A DNA stretch of 63,949 nucleotides, filler included, from Limisphaerales bacterium (GCA_044225505.1; 5 parts of 5 records of this genome joined end to end with filler, not necessarily neighbours in it); one strand, 5' to 3'. Positions 38,302 to 49,188 are shown, counted from the whole stretch's first letter. Notes: a model not told the origin generated them from the letters alone. Translations and numbers: made by a program.

Positions 38302-41220
38302 GTGCTCGCGCGGTGCATCGCACCTATCTTGCTTCTTGGCGCCGCAGTCTCTGCACGCGGTCAAAGCGTCGGTCTGACTCGCGTCGGCGATTCGTGGCGG
38401 TATTTTCTTGGAATCTCGGAACCCTCCGCTGTTCCGGGATCGTGGCTTGGAGTTGACTTCGATGACACGGAATGGTTGTCGGGCCGAGCCGGATTCAGTA
38501 TTGGCTACGGCGCGAACGAAGCTACAGGACTGCCCTATTTGCCGGTCAATTACTCAACGGTCTACTTCCGGCGCACCTTTGATGTTGAGGAGCCGTCGAA
38601 GCTCCCTTGGTTGACATTTCGAATCGACTATAGCGACGGATTTATTGCTTATCTAAACGGTCAGGAAATCGCCCGCCGCAATGTTGCCGGGATGCCAGGG
38701 ACCCTCGTGCCTGCCAGCCAGCTTTCCACAAACATTCATCTTCGAGGTAACCCGGAGGAATTTGTGATCCCGGGGGGACTGGGCTCGCTTAAACCCGGCC
38801 CTAATACGCTAGCCGTGCAGGTGCACTCCGCCTACCCAACTGGAACTTTGCTGTGCTTTATGGGGGAACTGCTGGCTAGTTTCAATCGCGGACCCTACCT
38901 CCAAAACATGTCAAGCAACCACGTCCAGATTGTCTGGAAAACACCTCTTCCGACGACTACACAACTTGACTATGGGTTGACTCCAACGTTGGGGACGCTC
39001 CTGCTTGACACAAACTTGGTTACGACTCATGTCGTGAACTTGAACTCCCTGGATCCTGACACTTCCTATTACTACCAGGCTAGTAGCACATTAGAGGGGC
39101 AAACCGCTCAAGTTCCCATGTCGAAGTTCCACACATTTAAGCCGGCGGGACCTGTGAGATTTGTCGCTTTTGGCGATGGCGGCTGGAACTCTGTCCCGCA
39201 GTACCAGATCGCGGAGGTAATGAGAAAGCAAATGCCCGATCTCGTTTTGGAAGCGGGCGACATTGTCTACCCGCAGTTTACGAGCGCGCTCGCGGATAGT
39301 CATCTCTTAAGTGTTTATCAGCCACACATGGAAAACACTCCTTACTTTCCAGCACTGGGAAACCACGATCTTCTGGCGGGCGTCGGCCACTATTTGGAGA
39401 CATTCTACCTGCCCACTAACTCTGTTTCGCTGACCGACCACGCCCTCGCCCTGACGAGTCCTGAACACTACTACTCATTCGATCACGGTGATGTCCATTT
39501 CACCGTGCTCTTCGTTCCTTTCCTCAACCAGCACAAACCAAGAATCGGAGATGCGCAGTACAATTGGCTGGTTCAAGATTTGGCTTCTACTCGACAGCCC
39601 TGGAAAATCGCTGTCTGGCACGTCCCTATGTCCTCGTCTTCGGCACATCGTAACGACGATATGGACCTGAACGGAGTGTTGGACCGACTCGAGATTCGTG
39701 ACGTCTTCCTCCCCGTGCTGAGCCAAGCTGGCGTTCAGCTCGTGTTGTGCGGACATGAACATGGTTACGAGCGATTCATCCCTACAAACGGTGTGCACGC
39801 CATTACCACCGGCGGCGGTGGCGTGCCCCTCTATGGCTTCCTCGCGTTAGATGACGCCAGCGCCGTTTACTCGTCTCGTTATAATTGCGTAAGTGTGGAG
39901 ATCGATAAGGACGAGTTACAACTTCGTGCACTCGGAGTGAACGGTGAAATTTTCGACCAAATGGTGATCCGGCGTGGCTTGCCAGCCGTCGCTGATTACC
40001 AAGCGGCCTGGCACACTCCGGTGGTGGAAGACACGCCGTTACCGGGAGTTGAGCCGAACATTCCAGGCCAGATCTTTGATTTTGTCGGGCCTGCGATTCC
40101 CACGCTCACAGGTCAGTTTTCAAATCTGGGAGAAGTCTATGTAAACAACGACGGCACAAACCTATTCGTTGGCCTGTCAAAGCTGATGAAGCAGAAAGAC
40201 GACGATGTCATTCTGTTCGTTGGCACTCCGCGATTCCCAGGATCTCCGAGTTTAAAGGAGATTGGGAATGGGCAATTGGACCCTACTGGCGAAGGTGCCG
40301 ACGGCCTTGATTTCCTATCCAACCTTTCATTCACGAATTTCGCCCCTGCCATTGGATGTCTCTTAGGTCATGAAGCAGCGGATGGACAATTCCGCAGTTT
40401 CTTGGGAACCAACGGTGTGTTCAATAGCGGACAGGGGGTTTTCTTTTTGGCCCCCGGCCTCTCCAATGTGCCCGGAGTTAAGATCCAACAGTTCCGACTC
40501 TCCCCTCAACCAGACGTAACTCCGCCTGGATTGGGCAATGCGCAATTCATCGAACTTTCGATTCCGCTGGAGGCGCTGGGGATTCACCAACCAGGCGAGG
40601 AGATTCAATTGGGCGCCGTGGTCGCTAGACCGATTATAGACGCGAAGACAGGAACTCGAGTGCTCGACACTGGCTTCTTGGGAACCCGCCTAGCCGTCAG
40701 CGATTCTGGCATGACGACCCTCGAAGCGCTCAAGGTCCGACTGGCGTTCGATCCGGACGGAGATGACGATTCGGACGGACTGAGTCGTGAGACTGAACTT
40801 GCTTTGGGAACGGACCCAGCGAACGCCGACTCGGACGGCGACCGACTGCCCGACGGGTGGGAAGTTGCATTCGGATTGAACCCACTAACAAACGGGGACG
40901 GCGATGGCGCGATGGGAGATCCAGACAATGACAGAGCATCGAACAGTGACGAACTAGCATCGGGAACAGATCCCAGTGATCCGACGTCCGTTCTGCGCTT
41001 GAGGCTCGAACATTCTGGGAGAGAACTAGGCCTCGTTTGGGAGACAAGGCCGGGCAGATCCTACCAACTGCAGTCGAGCAAAGGTGCTTTGACGAACTTC
41101 GTCGATATTCCAAACACCAAGTACGAAGCAGACTCAGGCATCAGCAACCTAACCTTTCGGATCTTTGTGCCAAGCGATCGGGAAGCCGGTCAGTATTTTC
41201 GTCTTCGAGTCGACCCCTGA
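38302..41220 (+). CDS. Secreted multidomain metallophosphoesterase (purple acid phosphatase-like)
   Basis: Signal peptide, jelly-roll domain, FN3, GDGG/GDIVY/GNHD/GHEH motifs, Ca-binding DxDxDG repeats and a C-terminal YFRLRV domain. Confidence 0.88.
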   Translation: MLARCIAPILLLGAAVSARGQSVGLTRVGDSWRYFLGISEPSAVPGSWLGVDFDDTEWLSGRAGFSIGYGANEATGLPYLPVNYSTVYFRRTFDVEEPSKLPWLTFRIDYSDGFIAYLNGQEIARRNVAGMPGTLVPASQLSTNIHLRGNPEEFVIPGGLGSLKPGPNTLAVQVHSAYPTGTLLCFMGELLASFNRGPYLQNMSSNHVQIVWKTPLPTTTQLDYGLTPTLGTLLLDTNLVTTHVVNLNSLDPDTSYYYQASSTLEGQTAQVPMSKFHTFKPAGPVRFVAFGDGGWNSVPQYQIAEVMRKQMPDLVLEAGDIVYPQFTSALADSHLLSVYQPHMENTPYFPALGNHDLLAGVGHYLETFYLPTNSVSLTDHALALTSPEHYYSFDHGDVHFTVLFVPFLNQHKPRIGDAQYNWLVQDLASTRQPWKIAVWHVPMSSSSAHRNDDMDLNGVLDRLEIRDVFLPVLSQAGVQLVLCGHEHGYERFIPTNGVHAITTGGGGVPLYGFLALDDASAVYSSRYNCVSVEIDKDELQLRALGVNGEIFDQMVIRRGLPAVADYQAAWHTPVVEDTPLPGVEPNIPGQIFDFVGPAIPTLTGQFSNLGEVYVNNDGTNLFVGLSKLMKQKDDDVILFVGTPRFPGSPSLKEIGNGQLDPTGEGADGLDFLSNLSFTNFAPAIGCLLGHEAADGQFRSFLGTNGVFNSGQGVFFLAPGLSNVPGVKIQQFRLSPQPDVTPPGLGNAQFIELSIPLEALGIHQPGEEIQLGAVVARPIIDAKTGTRVLDTGFLGTRLAVSDSGMTTLEALKVRLAFDPDGDDDSDGLSRETELALGTDPANADSDGDRLPDGWEVAFGLNPLTNGDGDGAMGDPDNDRASNSDELASGTDPSDPTSVLRLRLEHSGRELGLVWETRPGRSYQLQSSKGALTNFVDIPNTKYEADSGISNLTFRIFVPSDREAGQYFRLRVDP

Positions 41221-41257
41221 TTCAAATCCGTCCTCGGCCGATTGAAAGGAGGAGATT

Positions 41258-42472
41258 ATGCAGTAGCGTACTCCACCATTGGAAGCGTCGGACACATCGA
41301 TTAAACCCGAACTACGAACGACGGATAAGACCTTGCGAGTCCTGTTCGTGCAAGACAGTGAATCGGACACGCGATTGCTTGAGCGGGCGCTTAGGAAAGC
41401 AGGCTACGACCTGCGATCGGAGCGGGTCGACACGGCCGACGCCATGCGTGCAGCGTTGGCCAAGGCGAACTGGGATCTAGTCTAAGCGGATTATCGTATG
41501 CCTCAGTTCAGCGCCCCGGAAGCGTTGACACTGTTGAGGGAATCCGGCCTGGATCTTTCTTTTATTATTGTCTCCGGCGGGATTGGCGAGGAAAAGGCTG
41601 TCGCTGCGATGAAGACCGGTGCTCACGACTATATGATGAAAGACAACTTGGCTCGGCTAATCCCCGCAGTCGAACGTGAACTGCGTGAAGCAGCGAATCG
41701 AGCGAGCAAGCGCACGGAAAAAGAACTTCAGGAGAATCAGGAGCAGTTTCGCGTCGCTCGTGAAATTCAACAGCATTTGTTCCCAAGGTCGGCTCCAGCC
41801 GTTGCCGGATTTGATCTCGCCGGCTTATCTCACCCGGCGGAAGCCATGGGCGGCGATTACTTCGACTACCTGACAATGATGCATGGACGCATTGAGCTTG
41901 TGGTAGGAGACGTAACCGGGCATGGCGTTGGTCCAGCGTTACTGATGTCGGAAGCTCGCGCCTACCTTCGATTGCTGTCAAAGAGAAGTGACGACCTTGG
42001 AGATGTGATGACACAGGCCAGCACCGCGCTCGCCGAAGATGTGGGGAGCGAACGTTTTGTGACCTTGCTGTTCGTCTAGTTGGATCCAGTGCAGCGCACG
42101 CTGGCCTACGTAAATGCAGGACATCCCTCAGGTTACGTCTCTTCGAGTTCTGGGGAAATTCGCATGGTTCTGAAAAGGACCGGTTTACCTCTGGGAATTC
42201 GAGCCGACACCGTTTACTCTCAGTCAATTCCCCACACTCTAAACCCAGGGGAGATCATTTTTCTGATCACGGATGGATTACGAGGAAGCCCTCGCGCCTG
42301 ACGACCGGGCTTTCGGGCAAGAACGCGTTTTAACTTAGTGCGACAAAATCGCCAGGCACCGGCCAAACTCATTGTTGGGGCGTGATGGGCGGCAGTGCGG
42401 GACTTTATCGGACAAATGCCCCAGATGGATGACGTTACGGGCGTTGTGGCAAAAGCAACCGCGAATCAGTAA
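41258..42472 (+). pseudogene. Decayed response regulator-PP2C/SpoIIE (RsbU-like) phosphatase gene
   Basis: AGGAGG Shine-Dalgarno then ATG at 41258. In-frame stops at 41264 (TAG), 41483 (TAA) and 42077 (TAG), two frameshifts near 42280 and 42333, and a later TGA. REC and PP2C motifs (GGDYFD, GDVTGHG, NAGH, TDG, MDDVT) remain readable. Confidence 0.9.
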
Positions 42473-42700
42473 ATCTTCCAAGGCCTTTCAAGGAAAGCCC
42501 TCGGACGCGGTTGATCGGGCGAACCCGGCCAGTCCAATCTGATAAAGCGTGGCAGTCTCCGGAATTCGGAACAATGGCTACCGGATACGACTTGGGATGG
42601 CGGGCTAAACCGTAACTGATCTGCCCGGCGTGCATTGGGTTCACAAGCCACCGCCAAGCGTGATCCTCCAGCCAAGCCGAGAGCGCCTGGAATGTTAAGC

Positions 42701-42728
42701 TTGCCAAATTCAGGCTCGCGCATAGATT
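42701..42728 (+). promoter_or_regulatory. Candidate sigma70-type promoter for yajC-secDF
   Basis: TTGCCA-16 nt-TAGATT, ending 21 nt before the yajC ATG. Confidence 0.4.
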
Positions 42729-42749
42729 GAACGCCTCAAAATCGACGGT

Positions 42750-43109
42750 ATGTATGATATCGTATTTACGATAGGTTTGGCTTTTGCGCAACCACCGCCT
42801 CCCGGGACTGCGCCGAATCCGACTGCTCAGATGCTGCAGATGGTAATGACATTTGTTGTGCTGGGGGTCATTTTCTACTTCTTGATGATTCGGCCGCAGC
42901 AAGCGAAAGCTAAAGAACACGCCGCCCTCCTCAAGGCCCTCAAGCCAGGTGACAAGATCCTGACTAGCGGAGGCATCCTTGGAGTCATCATCAACGTCAA
43001 AGAAAAAAGTGTCTCCATCCGGTCCGCCGACGCCAAGTTGGAGATTGTGAAGAGCGCCGTTTCAGAGATTACTGAAAGGGCATCCAACCCCACCGAATCC
43101 GCTGTGTAA
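42750..43109 (+). CDS. yajC: Preprotein translocase subunit YajC
   Basis: FYFLMIRPQQ...GDKILTSGGILG. Confidence 0.95.
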   Translation: MYDIVFTIGLAFAQPPPPGTAPNPTAQMLQMVMTFVVLGVIFYFLMIRPQQAKAKEHAALLKALKPGDKILTSGGILGVIINVKEKSVSIRSADAKLEIVKSAVSEITERASNPTESAV

Positions 43110-43120
43110 GCAACCCCTTC

Positions 43121-45655
43121 ATGAAGCGCAATCTCTTTTGGAAGTTCGTATTCGTCCTTTTCATCGCCGCTTGGTCCGCGAGGGAAATTTATCCACCCAC
43201 CCCACGCAATCTCCTCGCAGAATTCCAAGCGCGAGCAGTGAATCGAGACGCCACGTTCAGCAACATCGTACAGCGTGCGCAAGATTTAAGTAAAGCCAAC
43301 CCGCAGCGAACATTCGGAAACCTTCGAGAAGCCATCGGAGCGCAACCGATTACTAATTACTTCCCATGGGTCAGCGTTAAAGCTCAGAAAGACCCCACCG
43401 TCGCTGTGCTTCACCGCCTGCAGCAGGAAACTGCTGGCAAGATCAAGCTGGGGCTCGATTTGCAGGGTGGCACCGAATTCTTGGTAGGCTTTGCTACGAA
43501 CAAGGTAGCCTTGCCAAGCAATACCAATCTCGTCGACGTAACCTACGAAAAGGAACGGATGATCTCGGAGGCAATTGAAGTGCTCCGGAAGCGCGTAGAC
43601 AAATTCGGCGTGGCGGAACCAATCTTGCAGCCCTCAGGGGAAGATCGCATCGTGGTCCAGTTGCCCGGATTATCAGAAGCTGAGAAAGAAGGGGCTAAAG
43701 CCCAAATCCAGAAAGCGGCGTTCCTGGAATTCCGACTGGTTCACCCGGAGAGCGATCAGATTATCCGCCAGCAAGCAGGACTTGTTCCCCCCGGCTATGA
43801 ACTGTTGAAAACTCAGCGGCACACGCGCGACGGACAAGATATCCTCACGCCTTACCTGGTGAAGAAAGGCGCTGTTCAAGGGCTGACAGGACAGCACGTG
43901 CGACACGCCTTTGTGACCCCCGATCCCATTTCAAATCAGCCACAAATCGCCCTCAGCTTTGACTCCAGAGGCGCTGAGTTGTTTGCTAAGGTCACAGAGC
44001 AGAACGTCGGCCGACAATTGGCGATCGTTCTTGATGGCGAGCTCTATTCTGCGCCTGTCATTCGAGTTCCAATCATTGACGGCAACGCCGTGATCGAAGG
44101 CGACTTTACTCTCACCGAAGCCTACGGTCTAGCCAACGTTCTGGAAAACCCGCTCGAAGCCCCTCTCGAATTAATCTCTGAACGGAACGTCGAAGCCTCT
44201 TTGGGCAAAGACAACATTCGCAGTGGTGTGATCGCCGCCATTATCGGAACTGTCGCTGTGTCTCTGTTCATGTTGGTCTACTACCTTTTCGCCGGGTTGG
44301 TCGCTAATATTGCGCTCATTCTTAATATTCTCGTTCTTCTCGGCGTGATGTGCTCCGTAGGGACGACTCTCACTCTGCCTGGCATCGCCGGCATCGTGTT
44401 GACAATCGGCATGGCCGTCGACGCTAACGTGCTTATCTATGAGCGCATCCGCGAGGAATTGGCCAAAGGGAAATCAATGCGGGGCGCCCTTGCTTCTGGC
44501 TACGACCGTGCGTTTGGAACAATTCTCGATTCGAACGTCACAACCTTGATCGCCTCGATCATCCTGATTTTTATGGGCACGGGGCCTGTTAAAGGCTTCG
44601 GCGTAACCCTGACCATCGGTGTGACCGTGAGTATGTTTACAGCACTGGTAGTAACTCGAATGATCTTCGATTGGATGCTCGAAAGAAACCTGCTGGGCTC
44701 GTTAAAGATGCTCTATATCATTCGTGGCAGCCGCATCGACTTCATGCGTTGGGCCAAGCCAGCGTTCGCCATCAGCTGGATATTAATCGCGGTGGGAATT
44801 TCTGCCGGCATTTATCGCGGTAAACAAGCTTTGGGAGTGGACTTTGCAGGTGGCGACAATCTGGTGCTGAGTTTAGCGCCGGATTGGAATATCGAGCAGA
44901 ATCGAGACGCCGTGCGAAGCACGGTAGGTCGCCTCGTCAAGGATGCCGCGGTTCAATTTCAGACGGATATGGTTTCAGGGCGCAAAACCCTTCGTATCAC
45001 AAGTCCTTTTAACACCGGCAAAGAAGTGGAAGCGGCCCTGAAAAAGCAGTTTCCTGCCGCCAAATTCAACGAGGTGCTCTTGGACAAGGTAGGCCCGATT
45101 GTGGGACGAGAAGTCCTTCGCTCGGCGCTTGTGGCCTGTTTGCTATCACTCTTCGGGATCTTGGTTTACGTGGCGTTTCGGTACGAGTTTTCATTTGCTG
45201 TCGGAGCTGTCGTTGCCGTGGTGCACGACGTGCTAATGACGATCGGCTGGTACTGTTTATCGGGACGTGAATTCAACGCGACCGTTGTCGCTGCGGTTTT
45301 GACTATTATCGGGTTCTCCATCAACGATACGATCGTCATTTTCGATCGAATTCGTGAAGATCTGAAACTGGGTGTTCGTGGGTCGTTCACGGAGATCATC
45401 AACCAAGCGCTGAACCAGACGTTGAGTCGAACGATCATCACCTCGGGAACGGTGTTCATCGCCACCGTGGCGCTCTATCTTTTCGGAGGGGGCGCGATCA
45501 ATGATTTCGCGTTCACGTTCCTGGCGGGCATTATTACCGGCACGTATTCCAGTATCTATATTGCTAGCGCTCTCGTCCTCTGGTGGCACAAAGGCGAAAA
45601 GCCTGTCTCCAGCTCGCAAGTCGTTGTAGACAGCGCAGTGACGGCTCGAGTTTGA
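43121..45655 (+). CDS. secDF: Fused protein translocase subunit SecDF
   Basis: LGLDLQGG, GMAVDANVLIYERIREE, GVDFAGG and GFSINDTIVIFDRIRE in one ORF. Confidence 0.96.
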   Translation: MKRNLFWKFVFVLFIAAWSAREIYPPTPRNLLAEFQARAVNRDATFSNIVQRAQDLSKANPQRTFGNLREAIGAQPITNYFPWVSVKAQKDPTVAVLHRLQQETAGKIKLGLDLQGGTEFLVGFATNKVALPSNTNLVDVTYEKERMISEAIEVLRKRVDKFGVAEPILQPSGEDRIVVQLPGLSEAEKEGAKAQIQKAAFLEFRLVHPESDQIIRQQAGLVPPGYELLKTQRHTRDGQDILTPYLVKKGAVQGLTGQHVRHAFVTPDPISNQPQIALSFDSRGAELFAKVTEQNVGRQLAIVLDGELYSAPVIRVPIIDGNAVIEGDFTLTEAYGLANVLENPLEAPLELISERNVEASLGKDNIRSGVIAAIIGTVAVSLFMLVYYLFAGLVANIALILNILVLLGVMCSVGTTLTLPGIAGIVLTIGMAVDANVLIYERIREELAKGKSMRGALASGYDRAFGTILDSNVTTLIASIILIFMGTGPVKGFGVTLTIGVTVSMFTALVVTRMIFDWMLERNLLGSLKMLYIIRGSRIDFMRWAKPAFAISWILIAVGISAGIYRGKQALGVDFAGGDNLVLSLAPDWNIEQNRDAVRSTVGRLVKDAAVQFQTDMVSGRKTLRITSPFNTGKEVEAALKKQFPAAKFNEVLLDKVGPIVGREVLRSALVACLLSLFGILVYVAFRYEFSFAVGAVVAVVHDVLMTIGWYCLSGREFNATVVAAVLTIIGFSINDTIVIFDRIREDLKLGVRGSFTEIINQALNQTLSRTIITSGTVFIATVALYLFGGGAINDFAFTFLAGIITGTYSSIYIASALVLWWHKGEKPVSSSQVVVDSAVTARV

Positions 45656-45663
45656 GCCTGTCC

Positions 45664-46644
45664 ATGCTTGCGCTAGTCGAGATTAACGCCTGGCACTGGA
45701 TCAGTTTTGTAGGAGCAGTGTTAGCCTTTCTGGCCTTGGACCTGGGTCTTTTCCATCGAAAGGCCCGGGTCATTCGGTTTCGTGAAGCTTTCGTTTGGAC
45801 GGCGATATGCCTCGTTTTCGCCTTGATCTTCGCCGGAACACTCATTCCGACCCGAGGAACGAAAGAAGCGACAGAATTTCTCACGGGCTACCTCATCGAA
45901 CTTTCGCTTTCGATGGACAATGTTTTTGTTATTGCGCTGATTTTCGCGTATTTCCGCGTGCCCCTAGAACTTCAACATCGAGTTCTTTTCTGGGGAATTC
46001 TTGGCGCTTTGTTAATGCGCGGCTTGATGATCTGGATTGGCACAGAGCTAATTAGCCGCTTCGACTGGATGCTCTATGTGTTTGGAGGGTTCTTGATTTT
46101 GACCGGCTTCCGGATGGTCTTTTCTGATCAAGAGGGCGTTCATCCCGAAAAGAATCCAGTCCTTCGAGCCGCTCGCTGGCTGTTCCCAGTGTCCAATGAC
46201 TTTGACGGGCAACGATTCACGACCCGGCTGAACGGACGTCTTGCTCTGACGCCTTCCGCGCTCGTTTTGCTGATGGTGGAAACGACGGACCTTATCTTTG
46301 CAGTCGACTCGATTCCAGCGATTTTCGCGGTGACTCAGAAGCCATTTATCGTTTTCACTTCAAATGTCTTCGCGATCCTCGGCTTGCGGTCGCTTTACTT
46401 TGTCTTGGCAAACGCCATTGGTTATTTCCGATATCTCAAATTTGGGCTCTCGCTTGTGCTGGTGTTTATCGGTGCGAAGATGCTGGTTCGCTATTTCGAA
46501 ATTGAGATTCCCACTGGAGTTTCTTTACTCGTTGTGGTGGGACTGATCTTAACATCTGTGGTCCTGTCCGTGGTGCTCGCGCAGCGTGAAGACCGCGACT
46601 CGGACTTGCCCGTCCCAAACCCTGACAATCCGTCCGACGACTAG
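45664..46644 (+). CDS. TerC/Alx-family metal homeostasis membrane protein
   Basis: ELSLSMDNVFV, ETTDLIFAVDSIPA and TSNVFAILGLRSLYF motifs. Confidence 0.93.
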   Translation: MLALVEINAWHWISFVGAVLAFLALDLGLFHRKARVIRFREAFVWTAICLVFALIFAGTLIPTRGTKEATEFLTGYLIELSLSMDNVFVIALIFAYFRVPLELQHRVLFWGILGALLMRGLMIWIGTELISRFDWMLYVFGGFLILTGFRMVFSDQEGVHPEKNPVLRAARWLFPVSNDFDGQRFTTRLNGRLALTPSALVLLMVETTDLIFAVDSIPAIFAVTQKPFIVFTSNVFAILGLRSLYFVLANAIGYFRYLKFGLSLVLVFIGAKMLVRYFEIEIPTGVSLLVVVGLILTSVVLSVVLAQREDRDSDLPVPNPDNPSDD

Positions 46645-46663
46645 AACGTCGGCGGTTTTTGGA

Positions 46664-48412
46664 ATGAAGTTCCGTTGGTCAGTAACCCCGCCGCAGTCGC
46701 TCCTGGCGGCAGAGCTAGCGCACCGCGTTAAGGTAACGCCACTCCTCGCCCAGTGCCTGATCAATCGGGGACTGAGCGACACTGGGCAAGTCCAACAGTT
46801 CTTGGAACCACGCCTTCGGGACTTATCCGATCCGTTCTTGTTGCCCGACATGTCGATGGCCGTGCAGCGCCTGTTTCTCGCTCGGGAGCGACAGGAAAAG
46901 TTGATGATCTTCGGTGACTACGATGTGGACGGCGTTACTTCCACAGCTCTCTTAACTGAGGTATTCACCCGCCTCGGTTGGCACGCTGGCTACTACCTGC
47001 CCCATCGCTTCGACGAAGGTTACGGGCTGACTGTTGAAGCAGTCCAAAACTGCATCAACAAATGCCCCGCCACGCTCGTGGTAGCTGTGGACTGTGGGTC
47101 GACGGCTGTTGCCACTGTCGATTGGTTGAAAAGTCAGGGAATTGACGTGATCGTCGTCGATCACCACCAGACGTGCTCCCCTGCCCCGGCCGTTTGCGCT
47201 CTGATCAACCCGCATCGTCATCCGCCGTCTCGTAATGATCTCCGTGAACTTTGTTCGGTAGGGTTAGCGTTCAAACTTGCCCACGCCATCGTAAAAGCCG
47301 GCCGGCAGACCGGTTTGGCCGGCGCCACTGAATTCGACCTGAGGCCACTGCTCGACCTAGTTGCCCTTGGCACGGTCGCAGATCTGGTTCCTTTGACCGG
47401 CGAGAACCGGATTCTTGTTACCTCTGGTTTGGAACATCTCAACGGTCGGAAGCGCCCGGGTCTTCAATCTTTGGCGGCCGTCGCTGGCGTTCAAGGACAG
47501 ATCGGCGTCTACGAAATTGCATTTCAGCTCGCACCTCGGTTGAATGCGGCCGGGCGATTAGAGAATGCCTTGGCCGCGCTCGACTTGCTCCTGGCCAAGG
47601 ATATAGCCGTCGCCGAAGTCCTGGCACAACGGTTGGACACGCAAAACCGTGAACGGCAGAAGATCGAACGTGCGATTGCCGACCAGGTCATTGGCGCCGT
47701 CCGTGCGAAGTTCAATCCGGCCGAGGACTACGTGATTGTCGAGGGCGAACTACTCTGGCACTTGGGCGTCGTCGGAATTGTGGCGTCCCGGGTTGTCAGG
47801 GAGTTTTATCGGCCGACCATCATTATCGGGGGCGATTCGGGACTATGGCGCGGGTCGGGACGGAGTATTGAGGGTTTTGATTTGGCCGCCGCGCTTCGTT
47901 CCTGTGGAGATCTCCTGACACGCCACGGTGGTCATGCGATGGCCGCGGGCTTAAGCTTGACCGCCGAGAACTTGGCGCCCTTACGGAAACGTCTCAACCA
48001 AATCGCTCGTCAGACCTTGCCGCGCGATCTGCTGCAACCTGCCCTTCGAATTGATTCTGAAACTGCTTTGGATCAAATCACCCGTGGCCTGTTGTGTGAG
48101 ATCTCGCGTCTCGAACCGATTGGACAAGCGAACCCACCGGTTCAGTTGGTTGCTCACGGTCTTCGTCAATACCGGGCTCCGCAACGGTTGGGAAAGTCCC
48201 AACAACACGTCAAAATGTGGGTTACAGATGGCAACGCAGTGCACTCGGCAGTCGGATGGAACTGGCCACCCGAATCTGTTCCAACCGGGGAGTTTTCTCT
48301 GGTTTTCCAACCGCAGCTCAATTGCTACCGCGGCCAGGAAGAAATTCAGCTGAAAATCTTGGACTGGCGACCCAGCTCAAGCCCGTCCGATCACGTTTCG
48401 AAATCACAATGA
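46664..48412 (+). CDS. recJ: Single-stranded-DNA exonuclease RecJ
   Basis: GDYDVDG, DCG, DHH, PRLNAAGR and GGHAMAAG motifs. Confidence 0.96.
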   Translation: MKFRWSVTPPQSLLAAELAHRVKVTPLLAQCLINRGLSDTGQVQQFLEPRLRDLSDPFLLPDMSMAVQRLFLARERQEKLMIFGDYDVDGVTSTALLTEVFTRLGWHAGYYLPHRFDEGYGLTVEAVQNCINKCPATLVVAVDCGSTAVATVDWLKSQGIDVIVVDHHQTCSPAPAVCALINPHRHPPSRNDLRELCSVGLAFKLAHAIVKAGRQTGLAGATEFDLRPLLDLVALGTVADLVPLTGENRILVTSGLEHLNGRKRPGLQSLAAVAGVQGQIGVYEIAFQLAPRLNAAGRLENALAALDLLLAKDIAVAEVLAQRLDTQNRERQKIERAIADQVIGAVRAKFNPAEDYVIVEGELLWHLGVVGIVASRVVREFYRPTIIIGGDSGLWRGSGRSIEGFDLAAALRSCGDLLTRHGGHAMAAGLSLTAENLAPLRKRLNQIARQTLPRDLLQPALRIDSETALDQITRGLLCEISRLEPIGQANPPVQLVAHGLRQYRAPQRLGKSQQHVKMWVTDGNAVHSAVGWNWPPESVPTGEFSLVFQPQLNCYRGQEEIQLKILDWRPSSSPSDHVSKSQ

Positions 48413-49125
48413 ACTCTGCGATTATCGTCGCTGCTGGAAAAGGCACCCGCATGGGGCCGAACATCGACAAGCTATTCTTGGAAGTCGCGGGCCGCCCGCT
48501 CGTCGCGTATACCTGGCTGAACCTAGATGCGGCGACGGCCATCGACGAAGTCATTCTCGTGGTGCGCGACGGGCTACAAGAGGCGTTTCAGATTCTCGCA
48601 GCGCAACTTCCGCTGACCAAGCCGTTTCGGTTGGTGGGCGGCGGGCTGGAACGGCAGGATTCCGTCTGGAACGGGCTGCAGGCGATCCCTCAGGCGGACG
48701 GGATCGCGGTAATTCAGGACGGGGCTCGGCCGTGCACGTCGAATTCCTTGATCCATCACTGCATCGAAGCTGCGCGGCAGACCGGAGCGTCTGTCGCGGC
48801 ACAACGAGTCACAGACACCATTAAAGAGTCCTCGGACGGGAAACATATCCAAAGGACTCTCGATCGGAGTCGGCTCTGGTCCGTGCAAACGCCGCAAACG
48901 TTTCGAGTCGAAATCATCAGGCAGGCGCTGCGCACCGTCCGGGACAAAGGCTTGCGGGTCACTGACGACACGGCCGCATGTGAACTGATTGGCCAACCGG
49001 TCGCACTGGTGGAGAGCTTCGACCCAAATCCCAAGCTAACCACGACCGCAGATCTGCCTTTCTTGCAGCATCTCCTTGCGCAGCAGTGGTCGAACCGGTT
49101 GGCCAAAGCGCCAAATTTGTCCTAA
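48409..49125 (+). CDS. ispD: 2-C-methyl-D-erythritol 4-phosphate cytidylyltransferase
   Basis: AAGKGTRM, GGLERQDSV, DGARP, QTPQ and TDD motifs; ATGA overlap with the recJ stop. Confidence 0.93.
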   Translation: MNSAIIVAAGKGTRMGPNIDKLFLEVAGRPLVAYTWLNLDAATAIDEVILVVRDGLQEAFQILAAQLPLTKPFRLVGGGLERQDSVWNGLQAIPQADGIAVIQDGARPCTSNSLIHHCIEAARQTGASVAAQRVTDTIKESSDGKHIQRTLDRSRLWSVQTPQTFRVEIIRQALRTVRDKGLRVTDDTAACELIGQPVALVESFDPNPKLTTTADLPFLQHLLAQQWSNRLAKAPNLS

Positions 49126-49131
49126 GGCCCC

Positions 49132-49160
49132 TTGCCAAGGACGTGCTCACAATCTACCTT
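49132..49160 (+). promoter_or_regulatory. Candidate sigma70-type promoter for the S41 peptidase gene
   Basis: TTGCCA-17 nt-TACCTT, ending 28 nt upstream of ATG 49189. Confidence 0.35.
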
Positions 49161-49188
49161 CGCGGGGATTGATTCGAATCTGGTCAAT

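Noticed and set aside
41258..42472. Stop-codon readthrough or genetic-code reassignment
   Set aside because: The stops are of three different types and come with frameshifts, and neighbouring genes end normally at TAA, TAG and TGA.
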